A DNA stretch of 58,849 bases, the filler included, from an uncultured archaeon (GTDB lineage: Archaea; Nanobdellota; Nanobdellia; Woesearchaeales; CAIVOO01): assembly GCA_903842985.1 (NCBI GenBank). It is 5 parts of 5 records of this genome, joined end to end, with 100 filler letters (N's around TTAATTAATTAA, not from the genome) between each part and the next. Parts side by side here need not be neighbours in the genome. Positions count along the whole stretch, not along the records: positions 9,574 to 38,851 come from CAIMOB010000054.1; 4 more parts are not named here. The stretch is one strand, 5' to 3'. This document shows positions 29,807 to 38,563 of this stretch, one piece after another. Made by a program: the position numbers and the translations under genes. Every line of letters begins with the position of its first letter. Position 1 is the first letter of the stretch. The notes beneath the pieces were generated by a model. That model was not told where the DNA came from. It did no database searches and saw only the letters and a list, made by a program, of their open reading frames with translations.

Positions 29807-30078
29807 CTAAAAAGAGGGAACGACTAGAAGTCATATTTGACATACTTAAGGACATCAGCGAACACCATAACTCTATCAAGCCTACCCCTCTGCTGAGGCG
29901 TTCTGGCCTGTCTTCAAACAGCTTTTCTGAATATTACAAAGAACTGATTTCAAAGGAATTTATCCGAGAAATTGTCGACGAGCATGGCAAAAAATATGTA
30001 ACGCTTAGTGACAAGGGATTCACGTTTCTTGAGAAGTACAAATTAATAATCGGTTTTATTGGAGAATTTGAACTTTAA
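29803..30078 (+). CDS. winged-helix transcription regulator (COG3432-like)
   Basis: KRERLEVIFDIL...KPTPLLRRSGLS...Y..L..KG..FL. Confidence 0.8.
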   Translation: MTKKRERLEVIFDILKDISEHHNSIKPTPLLRRSGLSSNSFSEYYKELISKEFIREIVDEHGKKYVTLSDKGFTFLEKYKLIIGFIGEFEL

Positions 30079-30084
30079 TTCAGT

Positions 30085-30471
30085 TTATTTCTCTGGAATA
30101 AGCACTGCATTCACAGTTCCGTCCTGCCCTGGCCTTGACGTGACAACTGCCTTGCCTTTTTCTGTTTCAATTATCGCGCCTTTTGTCATTATGTTTCGCC
30201 TGACATAGTGCCTGTTTGCAGGGTTCTCAGCAACATGCTTTATCTTTGCCTTGTAAAATTTCTTTGTTTTCTTGTCATAGACATTTGCTGTATCTGCCAT
30301 TAGAAGCCTGTATTTTCTGTTTCCGCCCCTTGTCCTTATTGTCTGAATCTGTTTTTCATTCACAATTGTCAAAGAAGGCTTTCTTCCAAGCTCGTTAAGT
30401 TTTTTAGATCTGAAAAACTTGAATCTTTTCCCTGTATTGCTTCTTTTTGCCCTTCCTTGCGAGATTGCCAT
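30085..30471 (-). CDS. rps8e: 30S ribosomal protein S8e
   Basis: [34 protein letters not shown]. Confidence 0.96.
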   Translation of the reverse strand: MAISQGRAKRSNTGKRFKFFRSKKLNELGRKPSLTIVNEKQIQTIRTRGGNRKYRLLMADTANVYDKKTKKFYKAKIKHVAENPANRHYVRRNIMTKGAIIETEKGKAVVTSRPGQDGTVNAVLIPEK

Positions 30472-30472
30472 T

Positions 30473-30643
30473 TTATTTTCTCTTTTTCTGCCAGCTGTAT
30501 GTTCTTAGTTTTGCTGTCTTTCCAAAACCGCAGCTTGCGCATATATTTCTGGAAACGTGGTAAGATCTTCTTCCGCATCTTCTGCAGTAGATATGTGTCT
30601 TCCCTGAAGACATCTTACCTTTTGATGGTGTTCCTTTTGTCAT
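30473..30643 (-). CDS. rpl37e: 50S ribosomal protein L37e (not in the ORF track)
   Basis: Hand translation [10 protein letters not shown]...[14 protein letters not shown]...CASCGFG, 56 aa; conserved Sm-L37e gene order. Confidence 0.95.
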   Translation of the reverse strand: MTKGTPSKGKMSSGKTHIYCRRCGRRSYHVSRNICASCGFGKTAKLRTYSWQKKRK

Positions 30644-30644
30644 T

Positions 30645-30866
30645 TTATGCTGCGAATATCACTGTTATTGTGTCTCCTCTTACAAAAACCGTACCTATCT
30701 TCCTTATGAGCTCTCCATTTGCCCTTTCCTCTGCATCATCAAGCACAACATTTATGTGTATATCAAATGCCTGCAAAGTGCCAATGTACTGCTTGTTGTT
30801 CTTTAGCTCAACTATTACTCTTTTTCCCCTTGACTTGTTTAATGCATCCAAAGGTCTTGATTCCAT
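30645..30866 (-). CDS. archaeal Sm/Lsm protein
   Basis: RPLDAL...[14 protein letters not shown]...VFVRGDTI. Confidence 0.93.
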   Translation of the reverse strand: MESRPLDALNKSRGKRVIVELKNNKQYIGTLQAFDIHINVVLDDAEERANGELIRKIGTVFVRGDTITVIFAA

Positions 30867-30955
30867 TGTATATCCCCCTATGGCTTTTTAAATGCCATTT
30901 AAACTGGAAATGAAGGCTTCTCATATATAAAGGTTGCTGTTTTAAAGAAATATGA

Positions 30956-31090
30956 TGCGGGGAGCAGGATTCGAACCTGCGTAGGCACTAAGCCAATAGA
31001 TGACTTACACTGTTCATCATCGCACTCATGCGAGCACTCCGCTCCAACGTGCCTTGAGTCTATCCCGTTTGGCCACTCCGGCACCCCCGC
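30956..31090 (-). tRNA. tRNA-Leu(CAA) with a 51-nt intron at 37/38 (31002-31052)
   Basis: GCGGGGG acceptor, ATAGA-CT-CAA-G[intron]A-TCTAT anticodon arm, long variable arm, GGTTCGAATCC. Confidence 0.92.
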
Positions 31091-31179
31091 AATTTATTGC
31101 GGACCAGCAAATCCGCAGATTTGCGCTGCCCGCAATTTGTTTGTGTGAATAAATAAAGAATTCAGAGCATATTTAAACC

Positions 31180-31542
31180 TTACTGCAACGCCTTCAGTTT
31201 TGACTCAATTTCAGAAAGCTCTCTTTCAAGCTTGTCAGCTGCGCTTGCCCTGCTCACCATAACAATAGGTTTTGATTTTTGCGCTGCTTTTACAATAATC
31301 CTTCTTGGCTCTTCTCTTTTTGGAAGCTTTATTGCAGGAAGCTCCTTCTTAAGCCTCCCAATCAATTCGTTTATTTCCTTAATGTTTATTCTCAGCCTTT
31401 CATAATCACCAAGCTTTTTCGTCCTTTCTATCTTGAATCTTTCAAATTTTTGAAGAGCCAGGACAACATTTTTTGAAGCTTCCAGCAGTTTTCTTCTTAG
31501 CTCAACAGGATTTTCAAGATTTACATAAAAATTTTCAGTCAT
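31180..31542 (-). CDS. coiled-coil hypothetical protein
   Basis: FYVNLENPVELRRKLL...; third gene of a tightly coupled operon. Confidence 0.75.
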   Translation of the reverse strand: MTENFYVNLENPVELRRKLLEASKNVVLALQKFERFKIERTKKLGDYERLRINIKEINELIGRLKKELPAIKLPKREEPRRIIVKAAQKSKPIVMVSRASAADKLERELSEIESKLKALQ

Positions 31543-31543
31543 A

Positions 31544-31759
31544 TCATACCTTCAGCAGTGATTTGTCGATTGAATCTATCTTGCTTGCTATCTCGTCGAG
31601 TTCGGCAGACCATGTCGCAAGCTCATTGTCCTCTTCTTCCTTCATTTTGTTGATCCTTTCAATTATTTCTTTTCCTTCATTAAGCTTGTTCTTAAGCAAA
31701 GCTATGATGTCCAGTGTATCCTTGTATTCGTCTATTTTTATGAAAACAGGCGCTCCCAT
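31544..31759 (-). CDS. coiled-coil hypothetical protein
   Basis: APVFIKIDEYKDTLD...; SD GGAGG. Confidence 0.75.
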   Translation of the reverse strand: MGAPVFIKIDEYKDTLDIIALLKNKLNEGKEIIERINKMKEEEDNELATWSAELDEIASKIDSIDKSLLKV

Positions 31760-31761
31760 TT

Positions 31762-32253
31762 TTAACCTCCTTCAAAAATTATTTTATCTATATATAGAAG
31801 CTTTCTTTCGATTGCTTCCAAATTTCCTCTGAATTTTTCATACGATTCATCCTTTGAAACCTTGATGTCGCCAAGCTTCGATGAAAAACCTGCATGCTCT
31901 GCAAGAACTGATTTCGCGTTGCTTAGCTGCTCCATCAATTCCCTATAATTATCAACATTTATGAAAAGCGGTTTTGTGGTTCTTCGCGCAGAAAATCTTA
32001 ATTCAGGCGTCTCTGCCATGTGTTCTTCAGCGCCCAACTCCTCAATATCAGGTATTATGCCTGGAGCTTCGGGTATTTCAGAGAGTTCTGACACTGAAAT
32101 CTCTTCAGAAATTTCTGGAATTGTTTCTGGAGCAGATTCGATTGACTCTGGCTCAGAATGCATAGGTATCTCTGGGAATGCTAATTCAGGAACCTCAGGA
32201 ATAGGTACTGCTGTTTTTGCCTCTTTTTTCTTTAGGAAACTGAATACTCCCAT
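31762..32253 (-). CDS. hypothetical protein: amphipathic N-terminus, Pro/Glu linker, coiled coil
   Basis: MGVFSFLKKK...KPLFINVDNYRELME...; SD GGGGG. Confidence 0.75.
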   Translation of the reverse strand: MGVFSFLKKKEAKTAVPIPEVPELAFPEIPMHSEPESIESAPETIPEISEEISVSELSEIPEAPGIIPDIEELGAEEHMAETPELRFSARRTTKPLFINVDNYRELMEQLSNAKSVLAEHAGFSSKLGDIKVSKDESYEKFRGNLEAIERKLLYIDKIIFEGG

Positions 32254-32359
32254 TTATACCCCCTTTAAATAACAATATTTGTAGCGAGTATTAAAATTTT
32301 TATTAGTATTGTGAAATAACAACAAATCTAAAAATAGTAGTTAGTGAATATATGCTCAA

Positions 32360-33358
32360 ATGAAGGTTGCAAAGTTCTGGAAAAGCCTGGACAAGGAGAA
32401 AGTTCAGTGCGTGTTATGCCCAAAGGAATGCTTGATTCTGCCTGATAAAACTGGGTTCTGCGCAGTGAGGAAAAACATCGGAGGAAAGCTTTACAGCCTT
32501 GCCTATGAACAGCCGCTGTCATTGGCTGTTGACCCTGTTGAAAAAAAGCCGCTGTTTCATTTTATGCCCGGCACAAATGTGCTCTCATTCGGCACAGTCG
32601 GCTGCAATCTTAGCTGCAAGTTCTGCCAGAATTATGAGATGGCAAGGTCTGCTTATTTTGAGGTTGAGAAAGTAAGCGCAAAAAATGTTGCTGAAGAGGC
32701 TATCAGGAGGAAATGCAGTTCAATTGCCTACACATACAACGAACCGACAGTATTTTTTGAGTACGTTGAGGCTGTTTCAAGGCTTGCGCATAAAAAAGAG
32801 CTGAAGAACATACTTGTGACAAATGGCTATACGCAGGAAAAGCCGCTGAGAGAGATTGTTAATTTTATAGACGCTGCAAATGTTGATTTGAAGGGATTTA
32901 CAGAGGACTTTTACAAGAAGATTTGCCTTGCAACTTTAAAGCCTGTGCTGAACAGCCTGAAGATTTACAAGGAAGCTGGAGTGTGGGCTGAGGTCACAAA
33001 CCTGGTGATTCCGACGCTTAATGATAATTTTGAAAAGATTGAAGAAATGTGCGCCTGGCTGAGAGAGAATTTGGGCAGGGAAACCCCGCTGCATTTCTCA
33101 AGATTCTTCCCGTCCTATCAGCTTGGTAATTTGCCTGTAACTCCTCTTGAAACACTGGAAAAGGCAAAGAAAATAGCTGACAAATACTTGGATTTTGTTT
33201 ACATTGGAAATATTATTACTGAAAAATGCGAAAACACATACTGCCCAAAATGCAAAAAGCTTTTGGTTGCAAGGTCTGGGTTTGGAATTATAATCAATAA
33301 TATCAGAAGAGGCAAATGCCCTAAGTGCAGCCATCTTATTCCTGGAGTTTGGTCATAG
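32360..33358 (+). CDS. amrS: AmmeMemoRadiSam system radical SAM enzyme
   Basis: CVLCPKEC, DPVEKKPLFHF, GCNLSCKFCQN, AYTYNEP, LHFSRFFP. Confidence 0.9.
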   Translation: MKVAKFWKSLDKEKVQCVLCPKECLILPDKTGFCAVRKNIGGKLYSLAYEQPLSLAVDPVEKKPLFHFMPGTNVLSFGTVGCNLSCKFCQNYEMARSAYFEVEKVSAKNVAEEAIRRKCSSIAYTYNEPTVFFEYVEAVSRLAHKKELKNILVTNGYTQEKPLREIVNFIDAANVDLKGFTEDFYKKICLATLKPVLNSLKIYKEAGVWAEVTNLVIPTLNDNFEKIEEMCAWLRENLGRETPLHFSRFFPSYQLGNLPVTPLETLEKAKKIADKYLDFVYIGNIITEKCENTYCPKCKKLLVARSGFGIIINNIRRGKCPKCSHLIPGVWS

Positions 33359-33362
33359 CAAC

Positions 33363-34088
33363 ATGAAAATAAAAATCCTGAGTTCCAACTGCTGGCTTCT
33401 GCCCCCGCCGTTCTCAGTCGAAAACAGGAAAAGGCTGAAAAAACTCATTGGGCTTATCAGGAAGACAAACCCAGATATCATCGCACTGCAGGAGGTCTGG
33501 CTTAACAAGTATGTTTCTCTGCTGAAAAAAGGATTCAGCGACTATTTTGCAGTATCATTAAACAAGGGCTTTTTCAATAAAACAGGGCTTGTTACGCTGT
33601 CAAAATTAAAGCCTAACTCAGTTGATTTTTATTTTTTTAAAAAAACAAAGAAGCATAGTTTAGTTGAATCATTTGCAAAAAAAGGGTATCAAAAAATAAT
33701 TTTTGACATTGGCCAAAAAAAACTTGCTTTCATAAACACACATTTGTATGCTCCTGTGCTTGAGTTAGAGGAAAAAATGGCAGCGCAGCAGTTCAACGAG
33801 ATAAAAAGAAACTGCAAGGATAAAAATCTGATTTTAGCTGGCGATTTGAACATAAGGAAAAGCGATTTTAAACGCTTTAATCCAGGCCTCTTTTGCTACA
33901 AGCCTGACAAGAATTCAGACGAACGGCTGCTTGATATTTATCGAAAAATCAAATTTAATCGTATTGTAAGATATGATGACCGGGTAAATTACATACTGCC
34001 AAAGCAAAAAAGCCAATTCAAGGTAAAAAATATTGTGTCTCCTATAATTTCAGACCATTTTCCCATTGAAGCCATTTTAGATATATAG
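33363..34088 (+). CDS. endonuclease/exonuclease/phosphatase (EEP) family protein
   Basis: LSSN, DIIALQEV, NTHL, GDLN, SDHFPI. Confidence 0.85.
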   Translation: MKIKILSSNCWLLPPPFSVENRKRLKKLIGLIRKTNPDIIALQEVWLNKYVSLLKKGFSDYFAVSLNKGFFNKTGLVTLSKLKPNSVDFYFFKKTKKHSLVESFAKKGYQKIIFDIGQKKLAFINTHLYAPVLELEEKMAAQQFNEIKRNCKDKNLILAGDLNIRKSDFKRFNPGLFCYKPDKNSDERLLDIYRKIKFNRIVRYDDRVNYILPKQKSQFKVKNIVSPIISDHFPIEAILDI

Positions 34089-34098
34089 TTGCAGATAT

Positions 34099-34133
34099 GT
34101 GTTGTAGCGATCGCTACAACGCGAGTTTATATA
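34099..34133 (+). promoter_or_regulatory. palindromic operator + TATA element, copy 2
   Basis: Perfect 20-bp palindrome GTTGTAGCGATCGCTACAAC (34101-34120), then GCGAGTTTATATA. Confidence 0.65.
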
Positions 34134-34179
34134 CCTCAATTGTATAATAGATTATGCTGGTTCTGCGGCTTGAGGTAAA

Positions 34180-35682
34180 ATGAAAAAGATATTATTGCTG
34201 CTAGCTCTGGCACTTTTGCCTGCTGCAGGCGCCTTGAGAATAAATGAAATAATGTACAATCCGGTGCTTGATGACAATTACTTTGAATGGGTTGAGCTTT
34301 ATGCAAACGAAAGCTTTGATTTTACAAACGCAACAATCTCAGACAGCGCCTACACAGATGAAATTATGTGTTGCAATGCAAATTGCTCATTGAAAAGGGC
34401 CGGTTATATCTTGATAATTGACAAGGATTCAAAAACTAATTTTTCAGATGCGTTGTGCGTTGACGACAATTCAATCGGAAATGGGCTAGGAAACAGTGGA
34501 GACAGCGTAACAATCAAGAAAAGGGGTATAACAATTGATTCTATCCGTTATAATGGTTCGTCAGCAAATGGGAACAACCGTTCGCTGGAATTTTTCAATG
34601 GAAGCTGGCTTGAAAGCATTGCAATGGGAGGAACTCCTGGATTCCTGAATTCAATTGCAAATATTTCTGCTGGTTTGGTTAACATATCATTTAATGAAAC
34701 TGCGAATATTACAATAAACCAGACCAATTCAACAATGATAAATGGAACAAACCAGACATCAAATACAACAAACAAAACTAGCAACTGTGATGTTTCACTT
34801 GAGATTTTTACAGAAAAAATAATTTACAGCGATGAAGCAATAAAATTTAGGCATATCCTAAACAATGCTTCTTATTCATTTTCGATTGAATACTGGATTG
34901 AGGACTTGTTCGGTGGCATTGTGAAGGCAAAGAGAAACACCACAAACACTGAAGAAAAATCATACACTGCAAATATAGATGAAAGCGACAAAACACTGCT
35001 AATAAAATCAGATGTTTCTGCGAACTGCTCTGATACAAATCTCTCGAATAACTACGCAGAAAAAATGGTTGTGGTTAAGGGAGAGAAAAAACAGGCGCCG
35101 GAATCGAGCCAGACACAAACCCAGGAAACTAAAACTCAGACAAGCGCTGCTGCACCAGCAGTTAGTAAATTTGATTATGAGATAATCTCATATCCTGAAG
35201 AGATTGTCAGCGGAGAGGAATTTGCAGTAAATGTAAAAATAATCGGCGATTCAAAACAGCATTCACTGATTTTAAGGTCATATGTTTACAAGGGAAGCAA
35301 GCATTATTCTGAAGAGACTACAAAGGAATTTGTCTTGAAAGCAAATGGCGAAGAGATAACTGAATTAAAAAATGTTGTTGAAGCGCCGCCAGGATATTAT
35401 AAATTAAAAGTTAAAATAAAAAAAGATGAGCTGGTTACAGAATATGATTTGACAGAGGATATCCAAGTTGTTGATGAAAAAATAAATACAGTTAAAGAAA
35501 ATATGAACAATGTGAAAGAAACAAAAGACATTGTAAATGAGATTAATGAAAATTATACAATAAACCTGACAGAGCCGAAAATACTTTACAGCTCAAAGTC
35601 AAATAATGCCAAGAATCTTGTAAAATACCTTATAATCGGGATTTTGGTGGTTATAAGCGCTGTGCTGATATGGAAAAGATAG
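34180..35682 (+). CDS. lamin-tail-domain secreted, membrane-anchored protein
   Basis: Signal peptide, INEIMYNP...EWVELY, LGNSGD, GTPG; C-terminal TM. Confidence 0.8.
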   Translation: MKKILLLLALALLPAAGALRINEIMYNPVLDDNYFEWVELYANESFDFTNATISDSAYTDEIMCCNANCSLKRAGYILIIDKDSKTNFSDALCVDDNSIGNGLGNSGDSVTIKKRGITIDSIRYNGSSANGNNRSLEFFNGSWLESIAMGGTPGFLNSIANISAGLVNISFNETANITINQTNSTMINGTNQTSNTTNKTSNCDVSLEIFTEKIIYSDEAIKFRHILNNASYSFSIEYWIEDLFGGIVKAKRNTTNTEEKSYTANIDESDKTLLIKSDVSANCSDTNLSNNYAEKMVVVKGEKKQAPESSQTQTQETKTQTSAAAPAVSKFDYEIISYPEEIVSGEEFAVNVKIIGDSKQHSLILRSYVYKGSKHYSEETTKEFVLKANGEEITELKNVVEAPPGYYKLKVKIKKDELVTEYDLTEDIQVVDEKINTVKENMNNVKETKDIVNEINENYTINLTEPKILYSSKSNNAKNLVKYLIIGILVVISAVLIWKR

Positions 35683-35719
35683 CGAAAACTATATAAAGCT
35701 CGGTTTTCTAGTCCAGCAT

Positions 35720-36400
35720 ATGGTTTTTGAAAAGCTCTTTGGCGGGAAAAAGGAGAAGAAGGAAAAGAAAAAACAGCATCCTAAACCTGCTGATGATTTG
35801 GAAGAGGGACATAAAATCACCTGCAGGGCGGTGATTGAGATTCTTGGATCCCCAAAAGAGCATGTTGAAAAGACACTGAAAGATTATCTGGCACTAATAA
35901 GGAAAAGCAAGGATTTCAAGATTGTGGATGAATTTGTTTCGAGCGCAGAGCCAAAGGAAAAGCTTTTTGGGATATTTGCGGAGCTCGAGCTTATTTTCAA
36001 GCACCCTTCAAAAATAATTGAGTTCTGCTTTGATTACATGCCTTCATCAATTGAGATAATCGAGCCAGAGGAACTTAAATTCAAGTCAAGGGAAATGGCA
36101 AATATGCTGAATGACCTTCAGGCAAAGCTTCACAAGCTTGACATGTTTGTAAAGAACATAAGAGCAGAGAATACTCTTCTTACGAAAAATGCAGAAGCAA
36201 TATTAAGAAACAATGTCCTGCTTGTTTTGAAGACCGGCGACAAAAATTTAAAGGAGCTGTCAAAAAAGATAGGGCTTCCTGAAGAAAATACAAAAAACTT
36301 TTTGGAAAGCCTGATAAAACAAAAGTATATAAAGAAAAAAGGGGATAAGTACAATTTGGTGTACAAGTTTGGAGATGAGCGAACTAAAAAAACAAGTTGA
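35720..36400 (+). CDS. conserved archaeal hypothetical protein with a C-terminal wHTH
   Basis: IEILGSPKEHVE, FDYMPSSIEIIEP; C-terminal LKELSKKIGL...L..LIKQKYI. Confidence 0.7.
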   Translation: MVFEKLFGGKKEKKEKKKQHPKPADDLEEGHKITCRAVIEILGSPKEHVEKTLKDYLALIRKSKDFKIVDEFVSSAEPKEKLFGIFAELELIFKHPSKIIEFCFDYMPSSIEIIEPEELKFKSREMANMLNDLQAKLHKLDMFVKNIRAENTLLTKNAEAILRNNVLLVLKTGDKNLKELSKKIGLPEENTKNFLESLIKQKYIKKKGDKYNLVYKFGDERTKKTS

Positions 36401-37139
36401 GGCGATACTTTTTGCTTCCGGCAAAAAAGTGGCTTACGAAGAGTTAGCCAGAATATGCAATGTCCAGATTTCTGAAATAAAAGATGCGTTGAAAGAGCTG
36501 AAGGAAGATTTTGAAAAGAGCGAGTCTGCCCTGCTGCTGACAGAGGAAACAGACGGCTGGAAGCTGACCGTAAGAGAGAAATACTTATCGACTGTGCAGA
36601 AACTGCTGCCGGAGACAGAATTAAGCAAGACAATTCTTGAAACGCTTGCAGTTATTGCCTGGAAGCATCCTGTTCTGCAGGCAGATGTAATCAAGATAAG
36701 GACGAACAAGGCTTATGATCACATAAAGGAGCTTGAGGAACTTGGGTTTATCACAAAAGAAAAGAAAGGAAGAAGCTATCAGCTGAAGGTGAGCAACAAG
36801 TTCAGGGAATACTTTGAACTGCCTGGGCATGATGACATCAAGAAGATGTTCAAGGATGTTGAGGGAGCATTCAAGGATGAGAAACTGAACGAGCTTGAGG
36901 TTGTTGATGAGCCTGAGATAACCCCTCACAAATTCGGAAAACTGGATATAATCGATGTTCAGAAACCAAAGGCAGAACAGCCAGAACTTGAAGTTGTTGA
37001 TGTTCCGCAGGAAGAAGCTAAAAAGGAAAAAATAGAAGTAAAGGAAGTCCAGGAAGAGGAAGAAACAGAAGAAGCAGCTGAAGAAGAAAGCGGAGAAGCG
37101 CCTGCGGAAAAAGAAGAAGGCGAAGAAGAGGAAAAATAA
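36375..37139 (+). CDS. scpB: SMC-Scp complex subunit ScpB with acidic tail
   Basis: VEAILFASG, LSKTILETLAVIAWKHPV, IRTNKAYDHIKEL. Confidence 0.9.
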   Translation: MSELKKQVEAILFASGKKVAYEELARICNVQISEIKDALKELKEDFEKSESALLLTEETDGWKLTVREKYLSTVQKLLPETELSKTILETLAVIAWKHPVLQADVIKIRTNKAYDHIKELEELGFITKEKKGRSYQLKVSNKFREYFELPGHDDIKKMFKDVEGAFKDEKLNELEVVDEPEITPHKFGKLDIIDVQKPKAEQPELEVVDVPQEEAKKEKIEVKEVQEEEETEEAAEEESGEAPAEKEEGEEEEK

Positions 37140-37273
37140 TGATTCTAGTTCTCAGGTGCCCGAAGTGCGGGAATAAGATGAAATATGCCACTTCTGGCAG
37201 TTTGGAAGGCAAGAGAAAGAGATGCGTTTACTGCGGGAAGAGCTTTGCAGTCAGAGGAAGGATTGTGAAATAA
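37139..37273 (+). CDS. 44-aa zinc-ribbon protein (not in the ORF track)
   Basis: MILVLRCPKCG...KRCVYCGKSF; TAATG overlap with the scpB stop. Confidence 0.75.
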   Translation: MILVLRCPKCGNKMKYATSGSLEGKRKRCVYCGKSFAVRGRIVK

Positions 37274-38284
37274 TTATTGGCAGGCTTCTGCAAACCTACC
37301 CAGAACTCTTTTCCTAAGGTTATATGTATTTGCCCACATGGCATACCCAAACCAGCCCTGAAGGCTGTCAATAACCTCGCCTGCTGCCAGTTCCCCTGAT
37401 TTGCACAGTTTTAATTTTTCCTCAAAATTCCTTTTGAATTTTATTAAATTTCTTTTTTTCAACAGCTTATGGCAATGAAATACCCTGTAGCCAAGAAACG
37501 TTATTCCATTTCTCAACAGCATAATTTTTGATTTGTCTTGGTGCATTTTTAATTTTAGTGTTATGAGAAATCTATTTATTCTTTTTTTATACTGCTGAAG
37601 CACACAGCGGTTATTGTGCAGGATAATAAAATCATCCACATATCTTATGTAATACCTTGCCTTCAATTCGTGCTTTACAAATTGGTCAAGCTCATTCAGG
37701 TAGACGTTCGCGAAAAATTGGGATGTCAGGTTGCCAAGGGGCATTCCTCTGCCATTTTTCTTGTCAAAGTTATCTAATATCAGTTTTATCAGCCAGATAA
37801 TTTTTTTATCGTTTATTCTGTTTTTAAGGATATTAACAAGCACTTTCCTGTCTACTTCGTTGAAATAGTGCATTATGTCTGCCTTGAGAACAAAGCAGTT
37901 TCTCGTATTGTTTTTTGACACCTTGCGCTTAAAGAATTCGAACCTCTGGACTGCTTTCAATGTTCCCTTGCCTTTTCTGTTGGCATAAGAATCATGGATG
38001 AAGCTTTTTTCAAAAATCGGCTCAATTATATTGCAAAGCGCATGATGCACGACCCTGTCGCGGAAGTCTGCCCTGCTTATCCTCCTTGTTTTTGGGTCTC
38101 TCAGGATGAATGTTTTCAATGGCTTTGGCCTATATGTGTGGAATATCAGCTCGTTTCTCAACTGCAGAAGGTTTTCTTCCAGATTATTCTCAAACTCAAT
38201 CACGCAGGGCTTGAGTGATTTTCTTTTTCTTGCTTTCCTGAATGCGAGCTCAAGGTTTTTATAAGAACAAAGCCGACTATACAT
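37274..38284 (-). CDS. DGR reverse transcriptase
   Basis: FRDRVVHHAL, KADI..YF, GMPLGNLTSQ.FAN.YL (DGR signature), YIRYVDDF, FLGY; likely start ATG 38284 (ORF track uses TTG 38317). Confidence 0.95.
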   Translation of the reverse strand: MYSRLCSYKNLELAFRKARKRKSLKPCVIEFENNLEENLLQLRNELIFHTYRPKPLKTFILRDPKTRRISRADFRDRVVHHALCNIIEPIFEKSFIHDSYANRKGKGTLKAVQRFEFFKRKVSKNNTRNCFVLKADIMHYFNEVDRKVLVNILKNRINDKKIIWLIKLILDNFDKKNGRGMPLGNLTSQFFANVYLNELDQFVKHELKARYYIRYVDDFIILHNNRCVLQQYKKRINRFLITLKLKMHQDKSKIMLLRNGITFLGYRVFHCHKLLKKRNLIKFKRNFEEKLKLCKSGELAAGEVIDSLQGWFGYAMWANTYNLRKRVLGRFAEACQ

Positions 38285-38321
38285 ATTAAGCACATATAAA
38301 ATCCCAGCAAGAAGCAATGAG

Positions 38322-38406
38322 CTATTCCAAGGAAACGGCCATTGTTGTTGAGGTTGTTGTTGCCATTGAAGCCATTCCTGTTGTTGTTGAGGAACAGTAA
38401 CCGGCC
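38322..38406 (-). repeat. DGR template repeat (TR)
   Basis: GGC CGG TTA CTG TTC CTC AAC AAC AAC AGG AAT GGC TTC AAT GGC AAC AAC AAC CTC AAC AAC AAT GGC CGT TTC CTT GGA ATA G. Confidence 0.96.
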
Positions 38407-38563
38407 GCCCTGTAGCCTTTTCACCGCTGCATCACTGCTGCTTCATTCCTGTCGCAGCTGTATTTCATGGCCAGTTTTGGCCTTGATGAAAGGGCATGTA
38501 GCCCTGCCACTCCAAATAGCCTTCATTTAGAAAACTTCTTGGAAAGCTGGGATAATGAAAATA

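Noticed and set aside
30369..30578. 69-aa basic ORF
   Set aside because: Alternative frame over rpl37e and rps8e.
30899..31084. 61-aa ORF MPEWPNG...
   Set aside because: Coincides with the tRNA-Leu gene.
37274..38317. RT as a group II intron, retron or CRISPR-associated RT
   Set aside because: LGNLTSQ motif, no maturase/endonuclease extension, no cas genes or array, and a TR/VR pair is present.
38200..38424. 74-aa Asn-rich ORF (…NNNRNGFNGNNNLNNNG…)
   Set aside because: It is the translation of the AAC-rich TR and overlaps the RT out of frame; TR acts as an RNA template.
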